From a virus (Duplodnaviria > Heunggongvirae > Uroviricota > Caudoviricetes): a DNA stretch of 29,589 bases. The notes below the pieces were generated by a model. The model was not told the DNA's origin. It was given only the letters and a program-made list of their open reading frames with translations, and made no database searches. Positions 1 to 8,215 of the stretch are shown one piece after another (the stretch's first letter is position 1; the number at the start of each line of letters is the position of its first letter). The stretch is from positions 122,449 to 152,037 of the IMG/VR virus record IMGVR_UViG_3300037454_000478. One strand, given 5' to 3'. Position numbers and translations under genes: made by a program.

Positions 1-2264
1 AATGAATCAACCGGTATGCCAATTTCATTGATATGTTTATATAATAGTTCCCACATCTCTAATTCCTCATTTTTTTCATCAAATGAGAGCGTGGGCATTG
101 GATCTGTGGACGCAACGTACTGTTCCGGAAGTATGTAAACACATCCATCATTTTTCCACACAATATCCCATGGCCACTTGTTTTCCTCATACCAAGATGG
201 TCGGGTAAGTGCATCATCCTCCTCCTCAAAACTATAATATCCAACACTTGGGTATTCCGGTAACATACCGGTCTTGAGAAAATCGTTATATTTTTGAACA
301 TTCTTTGAGGTTATATCGCTCCATTGCTTATAACGATATGATATATTCCTATAATTTTCATCCGTTGGATCCACAAAGAATGGGCATAAACGGCCCGTAT
401 AGCGAAGTACATAACCACTATGGGTGTTATTCTTGTACATCCTGCGTTCTTCCGGGTGGTATTTTCCAAATGATTCAACGGTATCAGTGATGGTACCACG
501 GGTAAAATTGATACGGTATGGTGGAATCCACGTGTTGAACAGATCTGTAAGGAATTTGATGATCTGATAGTCTTCACCTACATTTGGAGAGGTACCGTCC
601 GCCATGTAAATGCCGAATTTTCTATGTACCTGATCCTCGTTTGTGGATACCGGTGATCCCAGTGAATCGGAACTGACAATGGATTGCATAAGAGCCGCAT
701 ATCTCATGTATGTGGAGTATACAATATCATCATTCTCAAAACGTATGAGGATTCTATCGTCTGTTTTGCTGATTATCATACTTGCGTTGAGGGTATTATC
801 CACCTGTACATCGGAACAGGATATCTGCCCGGCATCCTTTATCATCGAATATATGTATATTGGTGGTAATTTTTTTACACCATACAATTCCAAATTCAAT
901 TTCGTTAGGTCGTACATGTTGTTATTTAGATAGGCAACGCCAGTATCGAAATTCATAAACAACCTTGAGGCCTGATGATCCAGGTCTCTATTAATTAGAA
1001 GGTTATATTCTATAGTCATAGTACCCGTAAAACCCTTGCAGTCAATCACCTTGCACCAGCTCGCGGCACTGTTGTATACATTGTGGTTCTCCTGTGTGAT
1101 TTCCGCTTGATCATAGTAACGGCCTTCCACTCGGTAAAATTCGTTATTATCCTTGAATACCGGTGCAAAACCATCATAGAAGTTATATATGTAGGTTGGG
1201 TTTTCAACCATAGCCCAGTGGAATATGGGTTGTGTGAATTTGTTGGTGTATATGTAATCTATGATTTTATTATCACCAATATAATCACATACATTTTTTG
1301 AATTGCTCATAACGGATCTATCCACGCGATATACCGGGATTTTTGAATAATTGGTATAAAGATCCTTGAGAGGGAGGTATTCCCCGTCATATTTCACCCG
1401 TAGTGCCACGGTGATATGTTTTCCGTTGAGTGATTCCTTCAACACGTAGGAGATATCCTCCATATTAAAAAGGAAATTGAGATTGATGAGCTGTTGGGCC
1501 ACCATGTTTGATTCACGGAACTTGGATAATAGCATATTATCGAACTCCATCATAGGGATCTCACGGTGAACCAAATCACGGATCACATATGAGATGTCAC
1601 GTGTTGCATAACGGCCTTTATCCGCCTGAACACCAGTGATAAATGCATAATCCGGATTGAACTTGATGCTCAATAAATCATCGTTGACTCCTTGGTATCC
1701 CGGATTCGGGGCGGATGGATCAGGAGAACTGTATCGGGCACTTTTATTAAGATATTCCGCCATGTATTTACAGATATTGTCCGATAATACGAGTACCCGG
1801 CGAACGATATGGTCGCGTTCCTCACCGGATACCTTTATCGAAAATTCAAATTCAAGGCGGCTTGGGTCGGTTTCTTCGGATATCCATAATGGGCAGAGAT
1901 ACGAGAACTGTTTGTCATAACGGGAAAAACGCGTTCTACGGGCGCCCATGTTGAAAATATGTGAGTATGGATCAACAATATCACCATTATTATACAACCA
2001 ATGGTCACCATTCCATTCACCTTCTGCCGAATAGAATGCATTACCTATCTCACCGAATAGGTGTTTGATGTTTTCGAGATGGGTGTAATTGAAGGTCTCT
2101 CGGGAGTTTCCTTCATTAAACACTATATTGTCATCAAGAGGTACTATATGTAACTCCGGAGTATCCATCACATGCACACCATTATCATAGTGATAATACA
2201 TGGGTATATCCCAACGGATTTGACCACCAAGGTATGGAGATGTTTTAAGGAGTTGATATCTCAT
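1..2264 (-). CDS. Large hypothetical protein (>=754 aa, 3' end runs off the window), possibly virion structural
   Basis: Hand translation from ATG at 2264 (MRYQLLKTSPYLGGQIRWDIPMYYHYDNG...) is open without a stop to position 3 (...HINEIGIPVDS). It is absent from the ORF track because its stop lies outside the window. No recognised domain. Confidence 0.85.
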   Translation of the reverse strand, partial: MRYQLLKTSPYLGGQIRWDIPMYYHYDNGVHVMDTPELHIVPLDDNIVFNEGNSRETFNYTHLENIKHLFGEIGNAFYSAEGEWNGDHWLYNNGDIVDPYSHIFNMGARRTRFSRYDKQFSYLCPLWISEETDPSRLEFEFSIKVSGEERDHIVRRVLVLSDNICKYMAEYLNKSARYSSPDPSAPNPGYQGVNDDLLSIKFNPDYAFITGVQADKGRYATRDISYVIRDLVHREIPMMEFDNMLLSKFRESNMVAQQLINLNFLFNMEDISYVLKESLNGKHITVALRVKYDGEYLPLKDLYTNYSKIPVYRVDRSVMSNSKNVCDYIGDNKIIDYIYTNKFTQPIFHWAMVENPTYIYNFYDGFAPVFKDNNEFYRVEGRYYDQAEITQENHNVYNSAASWCKVIDCKGFTGTMTIEYNLLINRDLDHQASRLFMNFDTGVAYLNNNMYDLTKLNLELYGVKKLPPIYIYSMIKDAGQISCSDVQVDNTLNASMIISKTDDRILIRFENDDIVYSTYMRYAALMQSIVSSDSLGSPVSTNEDQVHRKFGIYMADGTSPNVGEDYQIIKFLTDLFNTWIPPYRINFTRGTITDTVESFGKYHPEERRMYKNNTHSGYVLRYTGRLCPFFVDPTDENYRNISYRYKQWSDITSKNVQKYNDFLKTGMLPEYPSVGYYSFEEEDDALTRPSWYEENKWPWDIVWKNDGCVYILPEQYVASTDPMPTLSFDEKNEELEMWELLYKHINEIGIPVDS

Positions 2265-2320
2265 GTTTTTACGTAAATTTAAGTTTTTAACGATTACCCA
2301 AAAGTGTTTCGTTATTGGTG

Positions 2321-2336
2321 TTTATTATATAATAAA
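2321..2336. promoter_or_regulatory. Perfect 16-bp palindrome TTTATTATATAATAAA between divergent genes; candidate bidirectional promoter or operator
   Basis: Self-complementary sequence between the starts at 2264 (minus) and 2380 (plus); contains TTATTATA on both strands. Confidence 0.45.
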
Positions 2337-2379
2337 TACGTTCTTAATGAAGTATTCAGCTTAAAAAGAAAAACACAAT

Positions 2380-3342
2380 ATGAAAGATCTATTTAGCTAT
2401 ATAATGGAAGCCCTCCCGTACAATACGGCCAAGGAATACGTCAACATTAAACGTGATAAAAAGGCTGAAGGGTATATGATGGCGTTTTTCGATGAACTTG
2501 GTAAGTATGCCATGGAGCATGGTGGAAAATACTCACGCAACAAATACCGTATTTACCTTCCATACAAGGGGCCATCAATTGACGTTGCCGCCGATGATAG
2601 TGCTTCCGCCGGTAGCGCATCGGAATGGACAACCAATAGGGAGTGTATCAAAAACCTTGTATCCCTTGCCTTGGAAGAAAAAGGCCAGTGGATTGATAAG
2701 TGGGATTATATAGCAGGTACTGTGGATGTTGCCTTTAAAGACCAACAAGGTAACGTCAAAGTACGCCAGGGTCAAAAAATCGGTAGAATTATTTCAAAAG
2801 ATACTATACCTACCGCCCGGGGAAATGTGTCCGCATTGGATATATTCTCGAATGACCCGATTAGAATGGGTAAGAGCATCAGGTCTGCCATTAGTGGAGG
2901 GGATCTTTGGTTGGTAATTTCAAATCACGCCTACGATATTGCCGGTATGTCCACCAATAGAAATTGGACATCCTGCATGAATATCTTTAATGGTATAAAT
3001 AAGGAATATGTTGAAAACGATATCAAATACGGCACTCTCGTTGTGTATGTTATTGATAAGAATGATACCAACATCAATCAACCATACGGTCGTGTCCTTA
3101 TTAAACCATATAAACTCCAACGTACTGGTTATATTGGTACAGATGCTGCACCCATTATATATGCGCCGGAGCCAACAGTTTACTCCCCATACGTGGGTAT
3201 GAATCCGATTCGCGATTGGTTAAAGGGTATTTGCCAAGAACTTCAAGAAGGGGATGGAAAATTGAGAAGTCTCCGGGTATTATATAATGACAATTTCCAT
3301 GATAAATCCGACCCGGAGTTTCATGGAAGACGCCGTAAATAA
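2380..3342 (+). CDS. Hypothetical protein with capsid-targeting-like N-terminus (putative internal head protein)
   Basis: 320 aa ORF starting MKDLFSYIME|A; C-terminal half contains YDIAGMSTNRNWTSCM and YGRVLIKPY. Confidence 0.75.
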   Translation: MKDLFSYIMEALPYNTAKEYVNIKRDKKAEGYMMAFFDELGKYAMEHGGKYSRNKYRIYLPYKGPSIDVAADDSASAGSASEWTTNRECIKNLVSLALEEKGQWIDKWDYIAGTVDVAFKDQQGNVKVRQGQKIGRIISKDTIPTARGNVSALDIFSNDPIRMGKSIRSAISGGDLWLVISNHAYDIAGMSTNRNWTSCMNIFNGINKEYVENDIKYGTLVVYVIDKNDTNINQPYGRVLIKPYKLQRTGYIGTDAAPIIYAPEPTVYSPYVGMNPIRDWLKGICQELQEGDGKLRSLRVLYNDNFHDKSDPEFHGRRRK

Positions 3343-3354
3343 TTCAATGTCAAC

Positions 3355-5352
3355 ATGCCAATATCCGATGATCCAATACAGTCAGCTGGTCAGTTAAAGA
3401 ACAAGTCAACACTGAAAACTACATTTAACCCCATCAAGGAGGTTAAAGGCGATCAGCGTTCGCAGGCCATTCAGTGGACTTCTGCGATCTTGGATGTTGC
3501 AGTTAAAGGTCTTGGTAAGGGTAAGCGTCTTGTGGCCAACCCGTTCTATGAAAATAATGTCAAACTTCTCAAACCGGATCTTGTGTTTGTCCGTACCGCA
3601 TGGGAGGTTGCAGAATGGGAGCGTTGTGCCAATGATATATTCTATTTCATTGAGACTTATGCAAAAACCATGACCCCGTTGGGTATCCGTAACATCACCC
3701 TTCGTGAGTATCAAAAAAGATACCTCCAACTCCTTCTCGACAATCAGCTTACAATATACCGAGCCGCCCGTCAGTCCGCAAAAACAACATCCTCCGCTAT
3801 GTTCCTTTTGTGGTATATCCTATTCAATACCGATAAGAACGCCATCGTTCTTGGTAACAAAGGTAAGACCGCAAAGGAAATTCTATCCAAGGTGAAACAG
3901 GTATTCCTTGAAGTGCCATATTTCCTCAAGCCGGGTGTTGAAAAGTGGAATGAAAATGAGGTGGTGTTTGATAATGGGTGCCGTATTCTTACGGAAACCA
4001 CGGTTGCCGAACCGGCTATCGGTTTTACACTCCACTGTGTATTACTTGACGAGTTCGCCCATATCGCCCCTAATATTCAGGAGACCTTCTATTCCAATAT
4101 CTTCCCAACCATCGATGCCGCTAACGCAAAGTTGATGATTACCTCGACACAAAATGGCCCGGAGTTATTCTGTCGCTTGTTTGTGGCCGCTGAAAATGGT
4201 GAAAATGACTTCGCCCCATTCACAACCAACTGGGATGAGGTACCGAACTGGAACTCCGAAAAGAAGTGTTGGGAGAAACGTGATGAGGAATGGCGTAGAC
4301 GTAAGGTGGCCAACCTTGGCTCGGAAGAGGCATTTAATGAGCAATACGGATGTGAGTTCGCAGTAGCCACAAATGCCCTTATCCCACAACGTTTCCTTAC
4401 GAAGAAACAAATGAAGGTTAAACACTTCGTTAACAAGGAGATACTCGGTGTATCCCATGCAGATTGTTTTTACTGGCATCCGGATTATGACCCGATGGAT
4501 ATGCGGAAAGATTACATCGTATTCACCACGGATATCGCCACCGGCGTTCAGGAGGACTACACCAATGTACAGATTAATAAATTAATAGGTATCGGAGAGG
4601 ATCGCCAACCAATATTTGAAACGGTTGGATATTTCCGTACAAATATCCTTGATGATAAGGAATGTTGCCGTACTTTGGCCGAATTTATTGACCTTTATTG
4701 CCATCATAACAGGTATCTTTATAGTTTTGAGAGCAACCTTTATGGTGATTTGTGGAAATCGAACTTCAAACAGCTTGCTGAAGTTGAGTTCACCAAGAAC
4801 TTTACAATGGATAACTTCATTAAGTTCTATAATGAATCACTTACCCGTTTCCACTATGGTGTCCAAATAACCTATAAATCGAAACAACTTGGATGTAAGC
4901 TCTTCCGTACTGCTTATACGAAGAACTATATTATCAACGATTCCCATATATTCTATAATGAACTTAAATGCTTCTGTGATAAGAACGGTAACGGTACATA
5001 TGCGGCAATTTATGGTCATGACGATACTGTTATGTCCCAACTCCAACTCCCGCTTATATACGATACCATCCAATTCAAGGAGTTCCTTGAGGAGTTCATA
5101 TCCAATTCCGGTGTCGAGGATAAAGGACAAAATGAAAACTTCTTCCAAGACATTCAACCGGAGAGTAGTCAAATGCCACAAATTGGCGGCGTGAATTTGA
5201 ATAATTTCCTACCAAGTTCATTCCGTATGGCTCAATCCCAGGGCGGAGGATCGTTGTATGATCAAGGTATGGTTGAGGGTATCCCGGCACTCCCCGGGTA
5301 TCCGGGCTATAATGCCGGTGGAAATGAAGGAGGTACATTGTACGACTTTTAG
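3355..5352 (+). CDS. terL: Terminase large subunit (T4 gp17-like)
   Basis: Walker A-like ARQSAKTT, Walker B VLLDEFAH, motif III ITSTQNG, RNase H-like nuclease motifs DIATGVQEDY and GHDDTVMS, all matching gp17 order. Confidence 0.95.
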   Translation: MPISDDPIQSAGQLKNKSTLKTTFNPIKEVKGDQRSQAIQWTSAILDVAVKGLGKGKRLVANPFYENNVKLLKPDLVFVRTAWEVAEWERCANDIFYFIETYAKTMTPLGIRNITLREYQKRYLQLLLDNQLTIYRAARQSAKTTSSAMFLLWYILFNTDKNAIVLGNKGKTAKEILSKVKQVFLEVPYFLKPGVEKWNENEVVFDNGCRILTETTVAEPAIGFTLHCVLLDEFAHIAPNIQETFYSNIFPTIDAANAKLMITSTQNGPELFCRLFVAAENGENDFAPFTTNWDEVPNWNSEKKCWEKRDEEWRRRKVANLGSEEAFNEQYGCEFAVATNALIPQRFLTKKQMKVKHFVNKEILGVSHADCFYWHPDYDPMDMRKDYIVFTTDIATGVQEDYTNVQINKLIGIGEDRQPIFETVGYFRTNILDDKECCRTLAEFIDLYCHHNRYLYSFESNLYGDLWKSNFKQLAEVEFTKNFTMDNFIKFYNESLTRFHYGVQITYKSKQLGCKLFRTAYTKNYIINDSHIFYNELKCFCDKNGNGTYAAIYGHDDTVMSQLQLPLIYDTIQFKEFLEEFISNSGVEDKGQNENFFQDIQPESSQMPQIGGVNLNNFLPSSFRMAQSQGGGSLYDQGMVEGIPALPGYPGYNAGGNEGGTLYDF

Positions 5353-5403
5353 AATTTCCCCATTTTCCGGTATGTTTTGATGCCAAATTTCCCCATTTTC
5401 CGG
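5353..5403. repeat. Two identical 18-bp direct repeats AATTTCCCCATTTTCCGG (5353-5370, 5386-5403)
   Basis: Exact repeat with a 33-bp period, starting immediately after the terL stop codon. Confidence 0.9.
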
Positions 5404-5536
5404 AATTTTTGAAATAACTCTCCAAAATTGGCCTTTTTTGGGGGTTTATTCCTTAAAATTTGGAAAAATAACCGGTTTATTCACCGTTTTTATACCTATT
5501 TTTCAAATAAGCTTTAAAGTCCCGGCTTAAATGGTT

Positions 5537-5569
5537 GTTAATTTTTTGCGATACTGGTTTATATATAGG
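5537..5569 (+). promoter_or_regulatory. Phage promoter class GTTAA-N17-TTATATA, copy 1
   Basis: GTTAA 5537-5541, 17-nt spacer, TTATATATAGG 5559-5569, then AAAGGAAAGGAG (5574-5585) and ATG 5592. Confidence 0.7.
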
Positions 5570-5591
5570 TGTTAAAGGAAAGGAGTATCAT

Positions 5592-6053
5592 ATGAATCGT
5601 TACGTTTTCTACAATCCCAACCCCCTGCAGAAATATCATAAGGATGGCACCCCGATGCGATGGAAGTACTGTGACTGCACTATCCGTGCAATAAGTAAGG
5701 TCGAAAAATCCGATTGGGTGTCCGTGTACCGGATGCTGACCGAATATGGTCTCAATCACTACATGATGCCCAATGACCCGGAGTTGCTGATGAAAATATT
5801 CCCGGAGATGGGATATCTTCGCCATACGTATAAGAATACGGAGCGTATCACGCTTAAAAAGTTCGCTGAAACCCATAAGCAAGGTTCGTTCGTTGTCAAC
5901 ATGCCGGGACATGTCGTGGCCGTGGTGAATGGTAAGTACTATGACACGTTTGATTCCGGTGACTTCTACATTACTTCGTATTGGAAACAATATTGGGATA
6001 ATGAGGGGATGAACCCGGCACATATCAAACCCAGCATGTATGCCGGGAGTTAA
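5592..6053 (+). CDS. Putative papain-like (C39-like) cysteine peptidase-fold protein
   Basis: Start moved from the track TTG (5535) to ATG 5592 behind the SD-like motif. Motifs YNPNP, DCTIRAI (Cys), GHVVAV (His) and YYDTFDSG (Asp). Confidence 0.6.
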   Translation: MNRYVFYNPNPLQKYHKDGTPMRWKYCDCTIRAISKVEKSDWVSVYRMLTEYGLNHYMMPNDPELLMKIFPEMGYLRHTYKNTERITLKKFAETHKQGSFVVNMPGHVVAVVNGKYYDTFDSGDFYITSYWKQYWDNEGMNPAHIKPSMYAGS

Positions 6054-6100
6054 AAAATGTAATTTTCACCTATATTTCATTGTAATTAAACAATATCAAT

Positions 6101-6616
6101 ATGTCAAAGAAAACCGAAACCCTTACATGTTATCAATTGTGGAAGAGATACCACAATGCAAGCGAGCAAGGTACGGTGCTTCGCCGTAAATGGAAACATT
6201 TTGTAAGTGAACTCCACGACATTGAGCGCCGTATTAGTGTGGTGAAAGACGCTATCCGTAATGAATACGCGGAACTTCCCGCCAAAGATAGTGGGAAGGT
6301 TATCCCCACCGACATTCAGGATAAATTGCGTTTCCTCCGCGGTGAACTGGTTTCACTAACAGATCTCCGTAGGGAAACCCATTTCATCATTACACAGTAC
6401 AAGAAGTCCTGTGTGGAAGCAACAACCCGTGCCAACAGGTACAGCATGGCTTACCATCAAGTCCACATGATTGCGATAAGCAAGATGCAGGAAACCGTAA
6501 AAGATAGGCAGGAGTTCGTCAAGAATTTTGACTGTACGGTGACCACAAACAAGAACGGTGGTATCGAGGTTGTCTTGGTCAACAATGATGGTAACATAAA
6601 CAAATTCAGATTTTAA
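6101..6616 (+). CDS. Hypothetical basic coiled-coil protein
   Basis: 171 aa ORF with A-rich leader; tiles with its neighbours. Confidence 0.75.
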   Translation: MSKKTETLTCYQLWKRYHNASEQGTVLRRKWKHFVSELHDIERRISVVKDAIRNEYAELPAKDSGKVIPTDIQDKLRFLRGELVSLTDLRRETHFIITQYKKSCVEATTRANRYSMAYHQVHMIAISKMQETVKDRQEFVKNFDCTVTTNKNGGIEVVLVNNDGNINKFRF

Positions 6617-6618
6617 CC

Positions 6619-6987
6619 ATGAAAAAGTACAAAATGATATTGAATATCATTGGGCACAGGCTTGATGAAGAGGAACTCAAGGAGGCTTTTGAGCTGGCCA
6701 ACAAACACAGAGACACGCCGTACCATGAGGACTATAGTGAAACCGGCGGCAAAGGCTATGTCGATATCACCGCGAATCTCACACAGGTCGGTAATAACCT
6801 TAAACTGGAAATGATTTATTCCGGCGAAGGTGCCTCTTTTGATGAACGAGCGGCAAAGATAAATGAGATGGTCGAAACCGGCGAACTTCAAAAGTCACTT
6901 CTTTATGAAAGTGAGGCCGACATTGATAATCCGGATGCCATCAAAAAGGCGGATAAGATCACGGCAACTATCATACAAATCGGATGA
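6619..6987 (+). CDS. Hypothetical acidic protein
   Basis: 122 aa ORF 2 nt after the upstream stop and followed by a terminator. Confidence 0.75.
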   Translation: MKKYKMILNIIGHRLDEEELKEAFELANKHRDTPYHEDYSETGGKGYVDITANLTQVGNNLKLEMIYSGEGASFDERAAKINEMVETGELQKSLLYESEADIDNPDAIKKADKITATIIQIG

Positions 6988-7003
6988 TATTCCTTTTCCG
7001 TAT

Positions 7004-7039
7004 AAAAAGATACCGGGGACGTAAGTCTCCGGTATTTTT
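7004..7039. terminator. Bidirectional intrinsic terminator
   Basis: ATACCGGGGAC-GTAA-GTCTCCGGTAT stem with GNRA loop, flanked by A and T tracts, between convergent genes. Confidence 0.8.
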
Positions 7040-8066
7040 ATGTGGTCTTGCAGGCATCGACCATTTTATCATAAATCGGTTTTAGCTTCTTTGGGAGTAA
7101 TTTCCGGCACACGGAATCCACATTAAGTATTTCCGTATGTTCCATCACCATATCGTTGGTTTCCGTGATATACATCATGTTCGTATTGAAGTTATCATTG
7201 AGCTCCTTCAAAATATCCTTATAATCATCAACATGATTGGCCCGGATCTGTACTTCAACATAGTCGTCCTTTTTAATATCCAATGTTTCCCACTCCCGGA
7301 GCATATGTTCCGAGATGGTGAAGAAATGTATTGAGGATCTAATCGCGTGGAATTTAATGGCAATATCACCAACATGTATTCCGTCATATTCCCGGTTCAT
7401 TGTCCAAAATCCGCGCTCGGAATTGGTGTCCATGAAATCAATCGGATACGATGCTCCGGTTACCAATAGAAAATCCTCCCAGTTTATTGTAGGTTGATGG
7501 ATGTGTCCGGTGACCAACGGATAACCTTTGATCAATTTTCCGATTGCCGGATTCATGTGGAAAGGATCCGTATGGGTAAATATCATATTATTATGTGGAT
7601 CCTTATCTTTCAATATATCCGCCAGCATATCCGGGTTGTGGAATATGAACCACGGAATCATTATAATTCCGGCATATTCCGCCGGTTGGGTATTGACGTA
7701 GGTAATCCGGTTGAATTTGGGAAGCATAAGGGTGGATGAATAATTGTTTTCCGATTCCCATTGGTAGTAATAGTCGTGGTTTCCGCCTATAATGTACATA
7801 TGGGCCGTATTACGAGCTTCATTCATAACAGTATTCATCCGATCCATCAATTTTTCCACGGATTTATATACCATTGGATTGATGGATGAACGACTATCAA
7901 ATAAGTCACCCACATGTATCACTATGGTTTCGTCATAAGTCTTCACGGATTCCTCAACATACCGGATGATCTCCATAAATCCGTCCGTTTGGTGTTTTAG
8001 CCAAATCATGGAGTTATTCCGGGCACCAAAATGGGTGTCTCCGATAATTACTATATTTTGGGTCAT
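7038..8066 (-). CDS. gp47: Mre11/SbcD-like recombination nuclease (T4 gp47-like)
   Basis: Metallophosphoesterase motifs GDTHFG, GDLFD, GNHD, FTHTD and GHIH. Start moved to ATG 8066 (MTQNIVIIGDTH) because the upstream in-frame stretch overlaps a small ORF. Confidence 0.92.
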   Translation of the reverse strand: MTQNIVIIGDTHFGARNNSMIWLKHQTDGFMEIIRYVEESVKTYDETIVIHVGDLFDSRSSINPMVYKSVEKLMDRMNTVMNEARNTAHMYIIGGNHDYYYQWESENNYSSTLMLPKFNRITYVNTQPAEYAGIIMIPWFIFHNPDMLADILKDKDPHNNMIFTHTDPFHMNPAIGKLIKGYPLVTGHIHQPTINWEDFLLVTGASYPIDFMDTNSERGFWTMNREYDGIHVGDIAIKFHAIRSSIHFFTISEHMLREWETLDIKKDDYVEVQIRANHVDDYKDILKELNDNFNTNMMYITETNDMVMEHTEILNVDSVCRKLLPKKLKPIYDKMVDACKTT

Positions 8067-8070
8067 GTAT

Positions 8071-8214
8071 TCATTTTTTATTTGTACGAGTACGCTTGAA
8101 ATCATCATCCTTGGAAGGATCGATTATATCGTTCCACTTCTCATCACATTCAAGCGTATGGTGCGGAAAGTCTATTACTTCCTGCGTTGAAATCTTAATC
8201 GGTACACTTATCAT
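8071..8214 (-). CDS. Small 47 aa protein between gp46 and gp47 (not in the ORF track)
   Basis: MISVPIKISTQEVIDFPHHTLECDEKWNDIIDPSKDDDFKRTRTNKK*. ATG lies 1 nt after the gp46 stop and TGA lies 4 nt before the gp47 start. Confidence 0.6.
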   Translation of the reverse strand: MISVPIKISTQEVIDFPHHTLECDEKWNDIIDPSKDDDFKRTRTNKK

Positions 8215-8215
8215 G

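Noticed and set aside
1-2264. Apparent gene desert suggesting stop-codon reassignment (code 15 or 4) or a pseudogene
   Set aside because: A single standard-code ORF spans it on the minus strand. Other long genes have no internal TAG/TGA, and TAG and TGA act as normal stops (e.g. terL, gp2-adjacent genes).
3355-5352. Intein or intron in terL
   Set aside because: Length and motif spacing fit an uninterrupted gp17. No intein C/S...HN splice motifs or homing endonuclease seen.
5353-5403. Possible mini-CRISPR array
   Set aside because: Only two 18-bp repeats with a 15-bp spacer, too short, and no cas genes in the window.
6049-6077. Fifth GTTAA...TATAT promoter copy
   Set aside because: Spacing is off by one and the downstream box is degenerate (CTATATTT); it overlaps the upstream stop codon.
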